Origin: Gemmatimonadaceae bacterium
Lineage (GTDB): Bacteria > Gemmatimonadota > Gemmatimonadetes > Gemmatimonadales > Gemmatimonadaceae
Assembly (NCBI GenBank): GCA_035764975.1
Contig: DASTYL010000137.1
Location: 1 to 43,989, forward strand
Direction of reading: 5' to 3'
DNA: 43,989 nucleotides
The position numbers and the translations under genes were made by a program. How positions within the stretch are numbered: the first letter of the stretch is position 1; every line of letters starts with the position of its first letter. Below the pieces are notes generated by a model that worked only from the letters and a program-made list of their open reading frames with translations, was not told the origin of the DNA and searched no databases. Shown here one piece after another: positions 43,811 through 43,989 of this stretch.

Positions 43811-43989
43811 GACCAAAGACCAGAGCCCAGAGCCCATCAGTCCGTGAGACTGTAGTAGCTGATAACTGAATTGCCTCCGGTTCAGCCCACAGCCCACAGT
43901 CCAGCGACCCACAGACCTCAGCCAGTCTCACGGCCTCGAGGCTCTGGGCTATAGGCTTCAGGCTCTGGCTCTTCCTCGTACGCTTCGCG
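43811..43989 (+). repeat. dispersed repeat family X, copy 2 (tandem to copy 1, truncated by the window edge)
   Basis: It restarts 174 nt after copy 1 with GACCAGAGCCCAGAGCCCATCAGTCCGTGAGAC and ends CAGACCTCAGCCAGTCTCACGGCCTCGAGGCTCTGGGCTATAGGCTTCAGGCTCTGGCTCTTCCTCGTACGCTTCGCG. By eye the shared 3' module is about 85% identical to copy 1. Confidence 0.8.

Noticed and set aside
43743-43931. A 62-aa minus-strand ORF after the second permease.
   Set aside because: It lies entirely within the tandem copies of repeat family X, and its sequence simply mirrors the CCAGAGC/GCTCTGG heptads (EPEAQSQEP...).

Overview
This is a very GC-rich chromosomal segment (roughly 70% by eye, not computed) from a diderm-type bacterium. 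Lipoprotein lipoboxes, a DsbA/VKOR pair and small OM-like beta proteins point that way. My impression is a Gemmatimonadota/Acidobacteriota-like soil organism, but the window alone cannot establish this. I support 48 protein-coding genes, almost all housekeeping, transport or envelope functions:
- patatin (partial) and two APC amino-acid permeases
- a kynureninase-family enzyme and a beta-lactamase-fold lipoprotein
- a sortase with an adjacent mini-target
- psuG
- a translationally coupled TPR-TPR-ABC-membrane-M16 peptidase operon
- a cNMP-binding protein and a degenerate SpeH-like protein coupled to a polytopic membrane protein
- a CDP-alcohol phosphatidyltransferase, an alpha/beta hydrolase and DsbA-VKOR
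- acs plus an MHS transporter, and hemD-hemC-hemB-ppa
- an eight-gene minus-strand operon: DUF92, GGR-family flavoprotein, flavin reductase, methyltransferase, SRPBCC, FabF-type KS, aquaporin, DUF1707/LiaF-like
- a V4R protein, an M24 peptidase and UbiE/MenG
- an operon of a COX2-TM-like miniprotein, ctaA, ctaB and an ABC exporter

I see no rRNA, tRNA, CRISPR array, transposase, integrase, phage gene or recognisable defence gene. The GC content fills the ORF track with long spurious antisense and alternate-frame ORFs (up to 1229 aa), which I rejected.

The least ordinary content is non-coding.
1. Intergenic DNA is repeatedly built from in-phase heptanucleotide (7-nt) tandem units. This includes a 304-nt block with 25-nt terminal inverted repeats that fills one whole intergenic gap.
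2. Two heptad-built hairpins sit just after stop codons, and their arms covary.
3. A roughly 150-175-nt dispersed repeat is present at least three times. One copy supplies the last codons and the stop of a permease gene.
4. CCNRACG-type heptad tracts run straight into the start codons of at least five unrelated genes that lack a Shine-Dalgarno sequence.

At the protein level, the dedicated sortase/mini-target pair, the lipid/polyketide-tailoring operon and the SpeH-like pseudoenzyme deserve a second look. I did not find a clear-cut novel multi-gene system such as a defence island. All homology statements come from motif recognition by eye, not from searches.
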